The position numbers and the translations under genes are program-made. 50,782 nt of DNA. Source: Candidatus Moraniibacteriota bacterium. Its GTDB lineage: Bacteria; Patescibacteriota; Minisyncoccia; Moranbacterales; GWC2-37-73. The stretch spans positions 1 to 50,782 of the forward strand of contig JBBQCF010000002.1 of the NCBI GenBank assembly GCA_038318455.1, written 5' to 3'. Shown one piece after another: positions 42,733 through 50,782 of this stretch. Position 1 is the stretch's first letter. Each line of letters starts with the position of its first letter. Under the pieces are notes generated by a model. It searched no databases and was not told the origin of the DNA. It saw only the letters and a list, made by a program, of their open reading frames with translations.

Positions 42733-44481
42733 ATGAAAAGAAATATAAAAATATTTTTAAATTTCATTCTCATTAATTTTTTAATGTCAGTGAGTTTTTT
42801 TGATATACAAAATGTTTTGGCCGCCCCAATAGTAGCTGATGTTAATGGTGATTTAATTTCGAATCAAAGCGTGACAATTTCAGGATCTTCTTTCGGCACT
42901 AAAATTTCTAATCAAGCTTCACCAATTCGTTTTGAAACCTGGGGGATTGGCAATGAAGGCAAGACAGCACAAGAGGCAAGTGGTGGTTGGTGGACTGACG
43001 GCAGAAATACTGTATTTCCAAGAATTGTTAATACTAATAAACGGATAAGCTCAAGAGATGTTATAGATACAAGCATGTATCCAAGTGGATCATCAACTTC
43101 GGTGGATAGTATTTCAAGAATGTTTTATAAAAATGTAGCTGGGTTTGATGTGACCGGAAAGATGCTGTTAAATTTTTGGTTTTATACTGATATTTCAAAT
43201 AATATTTTAAATGATAATATAAATACGCAGCTTAAATTTTTATATTTTGCAACTGATGTTGTCGCTGATTGGCCTTGGGGTAATCCGCAATTTACAATGC
43301 CATTTAGAGCGATGAGTCTTTGGGAAAATAGTATTCCAGATATTTCAAATTCAACCATGGTTACATATGATTCATCAACGCTTGGATCCAACGGGGTTAG
43401 AAATGATTTGAATAACACTGCTAATCTTATTAAAGCTGAAGGTTGGTATAATTTGCAAATAGAATTGAAGCAAGGTGAATATGGTGTGGAAGGTGGCAGC
43501 GAAAAAATTTCAATCGTTGGTCCAAATTATACAAAATATGGCACTTCTTCGGTGGCAGGAAATCCTGCCTATGTTGTTTATCCAGAATGGCAGTCTGGTG
43601 TGGCTAGTCCGACTGTGGTTTGGTATCAAGGAAAAAGGTATATGGGCAAAAGCGTTGGCATTGTTTCAACAATTTCGCCAGATAATGATAGTGCAAATTG
43701 GCATGAAGTTTATGCTTCTGATAAATTAAACTCTGTTATTTTTTGGCTTTGGTCACAAAAAAGAGGAAATAATGATTGGAATTATAGTAATCAGACATTG
43801 ATAGGCGAGAATGAGGTTATGTATGATAAATTGTATTATGAAGTAGTGCAAAGTGGAGCAACAGACTTTACTGCTAAAGGAGCTGCTAGTAATGATCCAG
43901 GAACTGTTTTTAAAAATATTCAATGGACCAGGCTTGGAGCGGGGGATCAAGTAAGGATTGTTGATGAATATAAAACTGGTTCCAAAGTTGATTATAATGG
44001 GGAGGCATATCAATGTATTTCCGACATTGTTTCTCTAGCAACTCCAGCTATTGACTCTACTCATTGGTCTAAAGTTTTTTCTTATCGATGGCCAAGTAGC
44101 ACAACTAAGATGTTTTTAGATGGTATTTATATGGATAATTCATTTGCCAGAATTGAAATAGGCGATAATTCAGTTTATGCTAATTGTACTCATCGCGAAA
44201 TTCAAGTCGCAACTTCTTGGAGTGATGGTCAAATTGATTTTGCCTTCAATCAGGGGTCATTGCCTAACGGACAAGCATATCTCTTTGTGATAGATGAGAA
44301 TGGCGTGCCAAGTGCTGGGCACCCTATAATAATTGGTGAGGTGAAAAATTATTCAATCTCAAATTTCACAACTCTTGTTTCCAATTGGTTTCATCTTGGA
44401 AGTGGAAATGTCAGTGATTTTAATTTTGATAACATTGCAAACACAAAAGATTTGGGGATTATGATGAGTAAATGGCAGTAA
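42733..44481 (+). CDS. Secreted protein with CBM5/12-like carbohydrate-binding motifs and a C-terminal dockerin-like tail
   Basis: Signal peptide MKRNIKIFLNFILINFLMSVSFFDIQNVLA/AP. W..G..Y..G..V.Y.G..Y-type motifs (EWQSGVASPTVVWYQGKRY; YKTGSKVDYNGEAYQC...HWSKV). Tail SDFNFDNIANTKDLGIMMSKWQ. The ATG lies 1 nt after the permease stop. Confidence 0.85.
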   Translation: MKRNIKIFLNFILINFLMSVSFFDIQNVLAAPIVADVNGDLISNQSVTISGSSFGTKISNQASPIRFETWGIGNEGKTAQEASGGWWTDGRNTVFPRIVNTNKRISSRDVIDTSMYPSGSSTSVDSISRMFYKNVAGFDVTGKMLLNFWFYTDISNNILNDNINTQLKFLYFATDVVADWPWGNPQFTMPFRAMSLWENSIPDISNSTMVTYDSSTLGSNGVRNDLNNTANLIKAEGWYNLQIELKQGEYGVEGGSEKISIVGPNYTKYGTSSVAGNPAYVVYPEWQSGVASPTVVWYQGKRYMGKSVGIVSTISPDNDSANWHEVYASDKLNSVIFWLWSQKRGNNDWNYSNQTLIGENEVMYDKLYYEVVQSGATDFTAKGAASNDPGTVFKNIQWTRLGAGDQVRIVDEYKTGSKVDYNGEAYQCISDIVSLATPAIDSTHWSKVFSYRWPSSTTKMFLDGIYMDNSFARIEIGDNSVYANCTHREIQVATSWSDGQIDFAFNQGSLPNGQAYLFVIDENGVPSAGHPIIIGEVKNYSISNFTTLVSNWFHLGSGNVSDFNFDNIANTKDLGIMMSKWQ

Positions 44482-44674
44482 AAGTTTATAAAGTTTCAAG
44501 TTTATCAAGTTTTTAAAGTAAAATTCAGAAATGCAAAAATAAAAAAAGAAGAAATTCAAAAAAGAATGATATAATGAATACATGGAAATAGGACAAAAGA
44601 AAAAGAAAAAAGTTTATCTAAAATTGTTATTTAACTTATTTTTAATAAGCTGATTTTTTAATATACAAAGTGTT

Positions 44675-45817
44675 TTGGCAGCGCCAAGTGTAAGCGATGT
44701 TGGTGGGACAATTCTCGATGGTCAACAGATTAATATTTCCGGTATTGGATTTAAGATAAAATCTCCAGTGGCCCCTCTCTTATGGGATAATTTTGAAGAT
44801 GGCAGCGATGGGTCAAGGTTATCAACAAAGGAAAGATGGGTAAGCTTATATGGTGGTACTGGTGGTTATTACAATAGTGTTGATAAATATAGTGGGAATT
44901 TAGCGGCATATCAAACTTATGTTAACCCTTATCCTATGGGAGAAGTAACTAATAACTTCTTTTTCCCCACGGAGCAGATGGAGGTTTATTATTCGTATGT
45001 AACAAAATATGTAGGGAGTGTAGGAGATGGAGTGTTCAAAAACGGCAGAATCTGCGCCAATGCCGGATCAAACCCACCTTATAACGGCCCTGGCAACGCA
45101 AGCTGGAGTATGAATTCGGTCGGATATAGCACTGGCGGAGGCCTTGATGGAGTAGAGCATAGCCCAGACCCTAATGGGTCTGTTACATACGATAATAATG
45201 GTTTGGGTTTAAGAGATGGAAATTGGCACAGATTAGAGTTGTATAAAAAAATGAGTACTCCCGGTGTTGCAGATGGTATCTTTTGGGGAAATATTGATAG
45301 TGATGATGGATTTGCTAAATATGCTAATTCACGATCTCGTACTAATTATGCTGTCATGACGAGAGGTGTGGATGAAACTTACTTACATTATGGTATTCTC
45401 TTGGGCTTAATGCACACAAGCGGCACCGGCACTTCAAAAATCTGGGTTGACGATGTTTATGTTGACAATACTCAAGCGCGAATTGAATTATGCTCTGGTA
45501 GTATTTGGAGTACGCGTACTCATTGTGAACCACAGATACCAAAAATAACTTGGAATGATAGCAATATTTCTGCGACAGTAAATCAGGGAACTATTTCCAA
45601 CGGTACGGCATATTTATACGTGGTTGATAAGGATGGAAATGTTAATGCCAGTGGGTATGCTATTACAATTGGATCACCATCAACTTATACAATCTCAAAT
45701 TTCACAACCCTTGTTTCCAGTTGGTTTCATCTTGGAAGTGGAAATGTCAGTGATTTTAATTTTGATAATGTTGTGAACACTAAAGACTTGGGAGTAATGA
45801 TGAGTAAGTGGGAATAA
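44675..45817 (+). CDS. Paralogous secreted-type protein with a dockerin-like tail; the N-terminal signal peptide is interrupted by an in-frame TGA (possible pseudogene)
   Basis: The ORF track starts at the TTG at 44675. The upstream in-frame ATG at 44582 encodes MEIGQKKKKKVYLKLLFNLFLIS-TGA-FFNIQSVLAAPS, homologous to the signal peptide of 42733-44481. The tail is SDFNFDNVVNTKDLGVMMSKWE. Confidence 0.7.
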   Translation: MAAPSVSDVGGTILDGQQINISGIGFKIKSPVAPLLWDNFEDGSDGSRLSTKERWVSLYGGTGGYYNSVDKYSGNLAAYQTYVNPYPMGEVTNNFFFPTEQMEVYYSYVTKYVGSVGDGVFKNGRICANAGSNPPYNGPGNASWSMNSVGYSTGGGLDGVEHSPDPNGSVTYDNNGLGLRDGNWHRLELYKKMSTPGVADGIFWGNIDSDDGFAKYANSRSRTNYAVMTRGVDETYLHYGILLGLMHTSGTGTSKIWVDDVYVDNTQARIELCSGSIWSTRTHCEPQIPKITWNDSNISATVNQGTISNGTAYLYVVDKDGNVNASGYAITIGSPSTYTISNFTTLVSSWFHLGSGNVSDFNFDNVVNTKDLGVMMSKWE

Positions 45818-45878
45818 AAGTTTATCAAGTTTCAAGTTTATCAAGTTTTTAAAGTAAAATTCGTGCTATAATATAGGT

Positions 45879-48800
45879 ATGCGAAAAGAAAAAAATATAA
45901 AGTTGGCGCTACTCATCCTTTTTATCGTGGGTAATTTTTTTCTTGGTAATATTTCTCATGCTGCACCTGAAGTTGCAGACAACGGTGTCGATGAAGACGG
46001 GGATGGATGGCTTGGGACAACTGGAGGCTATCAAATAAGAGCTAGTCATCCTAGGGTTTTACTTGATTCAACTCAACTTGCAACAGTGATTGATCGGATG
46101 TATGGCGCTAATGCTATTGAACCATACAAGCATTGGTTTGATTTAATTAAAAACAAAGAAGATGTTTCTCATAATGTTGATCTGACAAATCTTGCGCTTA
46201 TTTATAAGGCAACTGGGCAGCAAGTTTATAAAGACAGATTTATTGCCTCGATTCCTATTTCGGGTGTGCCTAATAGCACAGAGCTTTTCGGTGTGGATAT
46301 AATGTTTGATGAGTTGGATGATACTGTAAAAAATAATATCATTCAAAGAGTTAATGCTGGGGGTGCTAGTGTTTGGTATTATAATTCCGTCAATCAATCC
46401 AATAATTCAGCCTTAGCTTCTTGGGGGTATTATAGTCTAATAGGAATTTATCCAGCACTTGCATATGCTGGACTTTTTGCATTTTCCGGATTGGAATCAG
46501 CATCAACTTTTAATGTTAATAATTATTTTGCCAGTGCAAAAAAAGAGCTTTACCCTGGTGGTAATTTCTATGACATAGAAAGAAGAGTTGGCGGCGATCC
46601 AGCTAATAATAACGCGCTGCCGGGAAGTTTTGGTGGAATGTATGATAATGCCGAAGATTCATTCGGTATAAACATGTTTTTGGAATATAAAAATTTGACT
46701 GGCGAAGACGTCTCACAAAGTTTTTTGCGCGACAAATATCGCGGTGATTTTTATCAAAATATGCAATATCCATATTTGTATACTTATGCTGCTAGTAATT
46801 CATATTGTACTAGAGCTGGAACTGAATCGCACAAATTGGCAAACATTTGGAACACGCAAACGGATTATGCTACTCAACCAGAGGTTAATACAATAAATCA
46901 ATTAGCATCGATATATCAAGATAAAAAATCTCAATACTTTGCCAATAATGGTGTGAATCGCGAACTTTGCGCGCACGAATTTGATGGAATGTTTTTAGAT
47001 TTGATTTTCTATGATAAAAATTTAGCCGAAGAAGCTCCATCGACAAATCCAACTTCAAAATATTACAGTGGCCCAGGACTTGTTTCGATGCGCAGTGATT
47101 GGACAAATAATGCTTTTTTCAGTGTTCTGATTGCTGGTGAAGGAATTAGCAGGCGCTATGAAGATGGTAATTCATTTTTGTTGGGTAAAAAAGATCATGT
47201 GATTGTTCAGGCAGGTGCTCGTATTAGATTTAATCTTGATAATGGAAAAGAACATTGGTATGCAATCCGCAGCGCTTCAAAAAATACCATGAAAATTTTT
47301 GATCCACTGGAAAGTTTTGATATTAATGCTAATGGCACAACTGGTGCATTACACAGTGGTCCACAATTAGTTGCTTCTGACAATTTGGGTGGTCAAATTT
47401 TTGAAACAAATCCATCAAACACTAATGAATGTTATTATGCTCCGGACAGTAGCACTGAATCTTGCGCCGCATCATATAATCGTAATTCTGCTTCAGCATT
47501 TCCGTTGGGACTTTATGAAACTGCCAATGTCACCAAATATGAACACAATCCAATATATGGCTATACATATTCCGTTGGAGATGCTACAGCTGCTTATACT
47601 AAAAAAATTGATTTTTTTGAGCGTGAATTTTTGTATCTGCGTCCTGATGTTTTGATTGTTTTTGATCGAGTAAAATCTGTTGACCCAAATTTTAAAAAAG
47701 TTTGGACAATTCATACAGTTGATCAGCCAGTCGTACAAGGAAGTTCAGTGGCAAGTGGGTTAGGGATGAAAACATTTGTAAACAACACATCATCAATCAT
47801 TTACAATCCAAACAACACAACCTATATTGATTCTCTCTTGCCGAAACAAAACAAAATTGTTGTTCGAGGTGGCGATACTGCTTTGGTAAAAGAAAAGCCT
47901 TTAAATTCTGGACAAGGAATTGCAAGTCAAGATATTGAAATTTCAAATACTGACATCCCACGTTGGTTGGAATTTCTTGGAGCTGGAAGTGATGGCACTG
48001 GGAGCCTGACAATCAATGGTACAACTAAAGAGGGTGTCACTAATGAAGTTATTAATTTTGCGGGAAAGATTCAAACCGAGGCTGATACGCGTCCAACCAG
48101 CATGACCAGTACCACAGTTACTGATAGCGCCAAAAAATGGACAGTTGATCAATGGAAAAATTATGGTATCAGGACTAAATGTGGTGCAAATGTTTATGAT
48201 TCAATTATTACTTCAAATACGGAAAATACAATAACGGCGCCATTGTTTCCAAATACATCTTGTTACGCTTATCAGGTTTATAGATATGTCGGCAATTCAT
48301 ATAATCATTGGACAAAAATTGACAGCATCGCGACAAGTGATTTGGATTTTGATTATCTGACTGTTTCTATTCCGCATTATTTTGACACTGTGGGTGTGAA
48401 TCCTGACGGAAGTGAGCAACTTTATACTTTTGCTCCGCATACTGACATGAAAGACGATTCATATTCAAAAAGAAAAGATCTTGGACAATGGACTTTTGAA
48501 CAAGAAGCCACAACTCCACAATTGCTGGATAATTTTCTAAATGTAATGTCGCTCAAAGATCCAGGAACTCCAAATAGTGATAATAGATTGTTTGAAGGGG
48601 TCGGTTTTTCCGGTGTGGTGGTTGATGATCAATTTGCAATTTTTGCCAATGATAAAAACAATCTGACTTCTGTGACTGCAACAATTCCGAAGGATGGGAA
48701 TTTAAATGGTCTCATTTTTGATCTCATTCCGAATACTGATTATTATTACAAAATTCAAGATAACTCTTTTTCTTTAGTAAATACTAATAATGGAGGGAAT

Positions 48801-48992
48801 GTTATAACTAGTTCCAGTATGGGAGTTGCAAAAGTTGCGATAAACGTTTCATCTTCCAGTTTAACTTATTCCATTTTGGACTTCACTAACATGCTTCCTG
48901 ACTGGCTACGTAAAACATCATCTGCTGATTTAAATTTTGACAATATTGTAAACACAAAAGACCTGGGGATTATGATGTCAAAATGGAATTAG
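45879..48992 (+). CDS. Large secreted protein, possibly polysaccharide-lyase/heparinase II/III-like (weak), with a dockerin-like tail
   Basis: Signal peptide ...GNISHA/AP. The ASHPRVLLDS start and YEDGNSFLLGKKDHVIVQAG segment are reminiscent of alginate lyase/heparinase II-III families. The tail is ADLNFDNIVNTKDLGIMMSKWN. Confidence 0.8.
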   Translation: MRKEKNIKLALLILFIVGNFFLGNISHAAPEVADNGVDEDGDGWLGTTGGYQIRASHPRVLLDSTQLATVIDRMYGANAIEPYKHWFDLIKNKEDVSHNVDLTNLALIYKATGQQVYKDRFIASIPISGVPNSTELFGVDIMFDELDDTVKNNIIQRVNAGGASVWYYNSVNQSNNSALASWGYYSLIGIYPALAYAGLFAFSGLESASTFNVNNYFASAKKELYPGGNFYDIERRVGGDPANNNALPGSFGGMYDNAEDSFGINMFLEYKNLTGEDVSQSFLRDKYRGDFYQNMQYPYLYTYAASNSYCTRAGTESHKLANIWNTQTDYATQPEVNTINQLASIYQDKKSQYFANNGVNRELCAHEFDGMFLDLIFYDKNLAEEAPSTNPTSKYYSGPGLVSMRSDWTNNAFFSVLIAGEGISRRYEDGNSFLLGKKDHVIVQAGARIRFNLDNGKEHWYAIRSASKNTMKIFDPLESFDINANGTTGALHSGPQLVASDNLGGQIFETNPSNTNECYYAPDSSTESCAASYNRNSASAFPLGLYETANVTKYEHNPIYGYTYSVGDATAAYTKKIDFFEREFLYLRPDVLIVFDRVKSVDPNFKKVWTIHTVDQPVVQGSSVASGLGMKTFVNNTSSIIYNPNNTTYIDSLLPKQNKIVVRGGDTALVKEKPLNSGQGIASQDIEISNTDIPRWLEFLGAGSDGTGSLTINGTTKEGVTNEVINFAGKIQTEADTRPTSMTSTTVTDSAKKWTVDQWKNYGIRTKCGANVYDSIITSNTENTITAPLFPNTSCYAYQVYRYVGNSYNHWTKIDSIATSDLDFDYLTVSIPHYFDTVGVNPDGSEQLYTFAPHTDMKDDSYSKRKDLGQWTFEQEATTPQLLDNFLNVMSLKDPGTPNSDNRLFEGVGFSGVVVDDQFAIFANDKNNLTSVTATIPKDGNLNGLIFDLIPNTDYYYKIQDNSFSLVNTNNGGNVITSSSMGVAKVAINVSSSSLTYSILDFTNMLPDWLRKTSSADLNFDNIVNTKDLGIMMSKWN

Positions 48993-49204
48993 GGAATTTT
49001 TTATTCTTGATATATTAAAAAAATGGTATTTCATTAGGAGGATGAATGAATATGAACAGGATGTGAATTTAAAACTTACTATTGTAGGTATTCATTAAAA
49101 GTGATATTATTTTAAATAGGTGGCCGTATAGTTGTAGTGTATCTTTTTGAAAATAAAAAATTGAAAATGAAAGTGTATCCGTTTTAATAATTAAAAATAC
49201 TGGT

Positions 49205-49783
49205 ATGAATTTCAGGAAAATAAAATTATCAAGAAAAACAATATTGTTCTCACTTATTGGCATAGCTGGGATAGCCTTTGTTATAAGTTTTTTTAATATT
49301 AATATTTCTTTGCCAAAATTTGAGAAAAAAGTTGTTAAGCAAGAAGTTACTAAGGATGGGAGTGTTATTTATTTTGAAAATGAAAAAAAGACTGTCTTGG
49401 TTGGTGAGAATTTTTCTATGGATGTCCATATTGATCCTGTTGGGAAAAAAATTACAGGAACAGAGGTGCATATAAATTTTGATAAGAATTATTTTCAAGT
49501 AGATGATGTTAAGTTGGATGATTCTCAAATGTCACTTGTTTTGCAAAAACCAATTATTGATAATGCTACTGGAAAAGTTTCTTTTGTTGTGGCAATTCCA
49601 GCGACTGACCCCGTTGTGCCAGTTACTGCAAAGTCGAAAATAGCGACTCTCACAATGAAGTCCTTATCATTAACAAGTGGTTCTAATATCGAATTTGCCA
49701 CATCAACATTTGCGACGGCTATTGGCGAAGTCGAGGATGTTTTGTCTAAGAGAAAGGCTGTCACGGTTAGTGTTGAAAAATGA
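49205..49783 (+). CDS. Membrane-anchored cohesin-like domain protein
   Basis: N-terminal TM ILFSLIGIAGIAFVISFF, then ENFSMDVHIDPVGKKITGTEVHINFDKNYFQV...GKVSFVVAIP...IATLTMKSL, a typical cohesin beta-sandwich pattern. Confidence 0.6.
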   Translation: MNFRKIKLSRKTILFSLIGIAGIAFVISFFNINISLPKFEKKVVKQEVTKDGSVIYFENEKKTVLVGENFSMDVHIDPVGKKITGTEVHINFDKNYFQVDDVKLDDSQMSLVLQKPIIDNATGKVSFVVAIPATDPVVPVTAKSKIATLTMKSLSLTSGSNIEFATSTFATAIGEVEDVLSKRKAVTVSVEK

Positions 49784-49801
49784 AATTTTTAAAATTTCTT
49801 C

Positions 49802-49845
49802 TGTGGATAAGTATAGTTGGAGTAAAGTCACATGAGGTGTATAAT
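49802..49845 (+). promoter_or_regulatory. Promoter preceded by a DnaA-box-like 9-mer, third occurrence
   Basis: TGTGGATAA (49802-49810); TTGGAG (49817-49822), 17-nt spacer, TATAAT (49840-49845). Confidence 0.5.
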
Positions 49846-49892
49846 AATATTAATTGGTAATTTTTCTTATAAAATAATATAAATAAAAAAAT

Positions 49893-50693
49893 ATGTTTAC
49901 AAAAAAATCTTTAAAACAAAAAAATGTTATGCATGGGATAGTGTTTTCTTTTTTTGCTATCAGCGCTTTCTTTTGTGTTAGAGCAGAAAATGCTCAAGCA
50001 GCAAATGGGACACTTTCATTAGTTCCATCTGTTTCTTCGGTGATCAGTGGAGGATCTTTTTATGTGGATGTTAATATGGATACAAATTTGAATACAGTCG
50101 TAGCGACTAGGGCAGTTATACGTTATGATAAAACAAAAGTAACTTTTGTTAATTGGAACACAGCTACTTCAATCTTTACAACAAACAACAATCTTTGCTA
50201 TGCGGCTGATGGCGGCGTGGAAAAACCAATAAATTCTCCTTGTCAGATTATAGCTAATGATACGGCAAATGGAATTGTTACGATTACAATGGCCTCAGCG
50301 CATGTTGCAGATCCTGTTGTTGATATTTCCAAATTAGTTAAAGGTTCAGGTTTATTGGTTGCTAGAGCTAATTTTACCGCAAATGTGGATATTGCATCAA
50401 ATCTTATTAATGTTATGGGTCTTCATCATGCCAACACGAGAAACGGAAATGATAGTGGAATAGTTATAGACGATAATTTGGGAACTGATATAACTGACGC
50501 TCCAGTTCAAAGAAGCACCGTTCAATACGGCGATCTTAATAGTGATCGTAGAGTCAATTTATTTGATTACAATACGCTTTTGCCAAATTATGGCAACACT
50601 ACTCCTGGAAATGTTGCTGATATAACTGCCGACAATCTTGTGAACCTGTTTGATTATAATGTTATTCTTGGTAGTTTTGGTCAAACTTTTTAA
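49893..50693 (+). CDS. Secreted cohesin-like domain protein with a complete two-repeat dockerin at the C-terminus
   Basis: Signal peptide ...AENAQA/A. Cohesin-like GTLSLVPSVSSVISGGSFYVDVNMDT...IRYDKTKVTFVNW. Dockerin repeats GDLNSDRRVNLFDYNTLL and DITADNLVNLFDYNVIL. Confidence 0.7.
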   Translation: MFTKKSLKQKNVMHGIVFSFFAISAFFCVRAENAQAANGTLSLVPSVSSVISGGSFYVDVNMDTNLNTVVATRAVIRYDKTKVTFVNWNTATSIFTTNNNLCYAADGGVEKPINSPCQIIANDTANGIVTITMASAHVADPVVDISKLVKGSGLLVARANFTANVDIASNLINVMGLHHANTRNGNDSGIVIDDNLGTDITDAPVQRSTVQYGDLNSDRRVNLFDYNTLLPNYGNTTPGNVADITADNLVNLFDYNVILGSFGQTF

Positions 50694-50735
50694 TTTGAGT
50701 GTGTTTAATAGCAATTTTAATAAAAATAAAAATCT

Positions 50736-50782
50736 ATGTTTAAAAAAAGCCTAATCAAGATAAGTTCCAAAATGGTCAGTGC
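50736..50782 (+). CDS. Start of a further ORF, truncated by the window end
   Basis: The ATG at 50736 (MFKKSLIKISSKMVS...) runs off the window. It is too short to judge. Confidence 0.25.
   Translation, partial: MFKKSLIKISSKMVS

Noticed and set aside
44482-44530. Short tandem AAGTTT(A/C)T(A/C)AAG repeats after the dockerin-tailed genes, considered as a CRISPR or other array
   Set aside because: There are only 2-3 degenerate ~10-nt repeats with no spacers. They are part of the duplicated 3' UTR module.
44651-44653. Alternative genetic code (TGA=Gly, code 25) as the explanation for the in-frame TGA
   Set aside because: All long conserved genes in the window (recQ, PBPs, mur genes, mreB and others) are free of internal TGA under the standard code, which would be very unlikely in a code-25 genome.

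Overview
AT-rich bacterial chromosomal segment with about 47 protein genes, nearly all on the + strand. The standard genetic code applies, because long conserved genes contain no internal TGA. The gene content suggests a Patescibacteria/CPR-type genome: dispersed peptidoglycan and cell-division genes, little metabolism, and many membrane-anchored or secreted proteins with dockerin-like tails. This placement is an inference and cannot be verified here.

Gene blocks:
- Partial giant surface protein, then recQ.
- mraZ-rsmH-ftsL-ftsI-murF.
- Small accessory surface proteins.
- A GC-rich RNA island on the - strand.
- Isoprenoid genes: polyprenyl synthase, ispG, uppS.
- Thiol-redox genes: Trx-CcdA fusion, trxA, trxB.
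- Malic enzyme, yjbQ, pcm, mltG.
- mreBCD-mrdA, then RNase P RNA.
- Polyprenyl-phosphate sugar transferase, khpA-like gene, folC (-), trmD.
- ftsW-murG-murC, then rnhA.
- A MacAB-like exporter, followed directly by three secreted proteins with near-identical dockerin-like tails and two cohesin-like proteins.

Main novelty candidates:
1. Two tandem ~112-nt structured RNAs next to tRNA-Glu. They share its 3' acceptor/T-stem strand, form a 12-bp tRNA-minihelix-like stem, and show compensatory base changes in three helices.
2. A conserved-core intergenic hairpin element in three copies, with copy-specific but complementary outer stems.
3. A ~100-nt AT-rich insertion inside RNase P RNA that shares a 15-mer with intergenic hairpin repeats.
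4. A palindromic element apparently inserted in frame in folC.
5. A cohesin/dockerin-style surface module coupled to the ABC exporter.

No CRISPR array, rRNA, transposase/integrase or recognisable defence system was seen.
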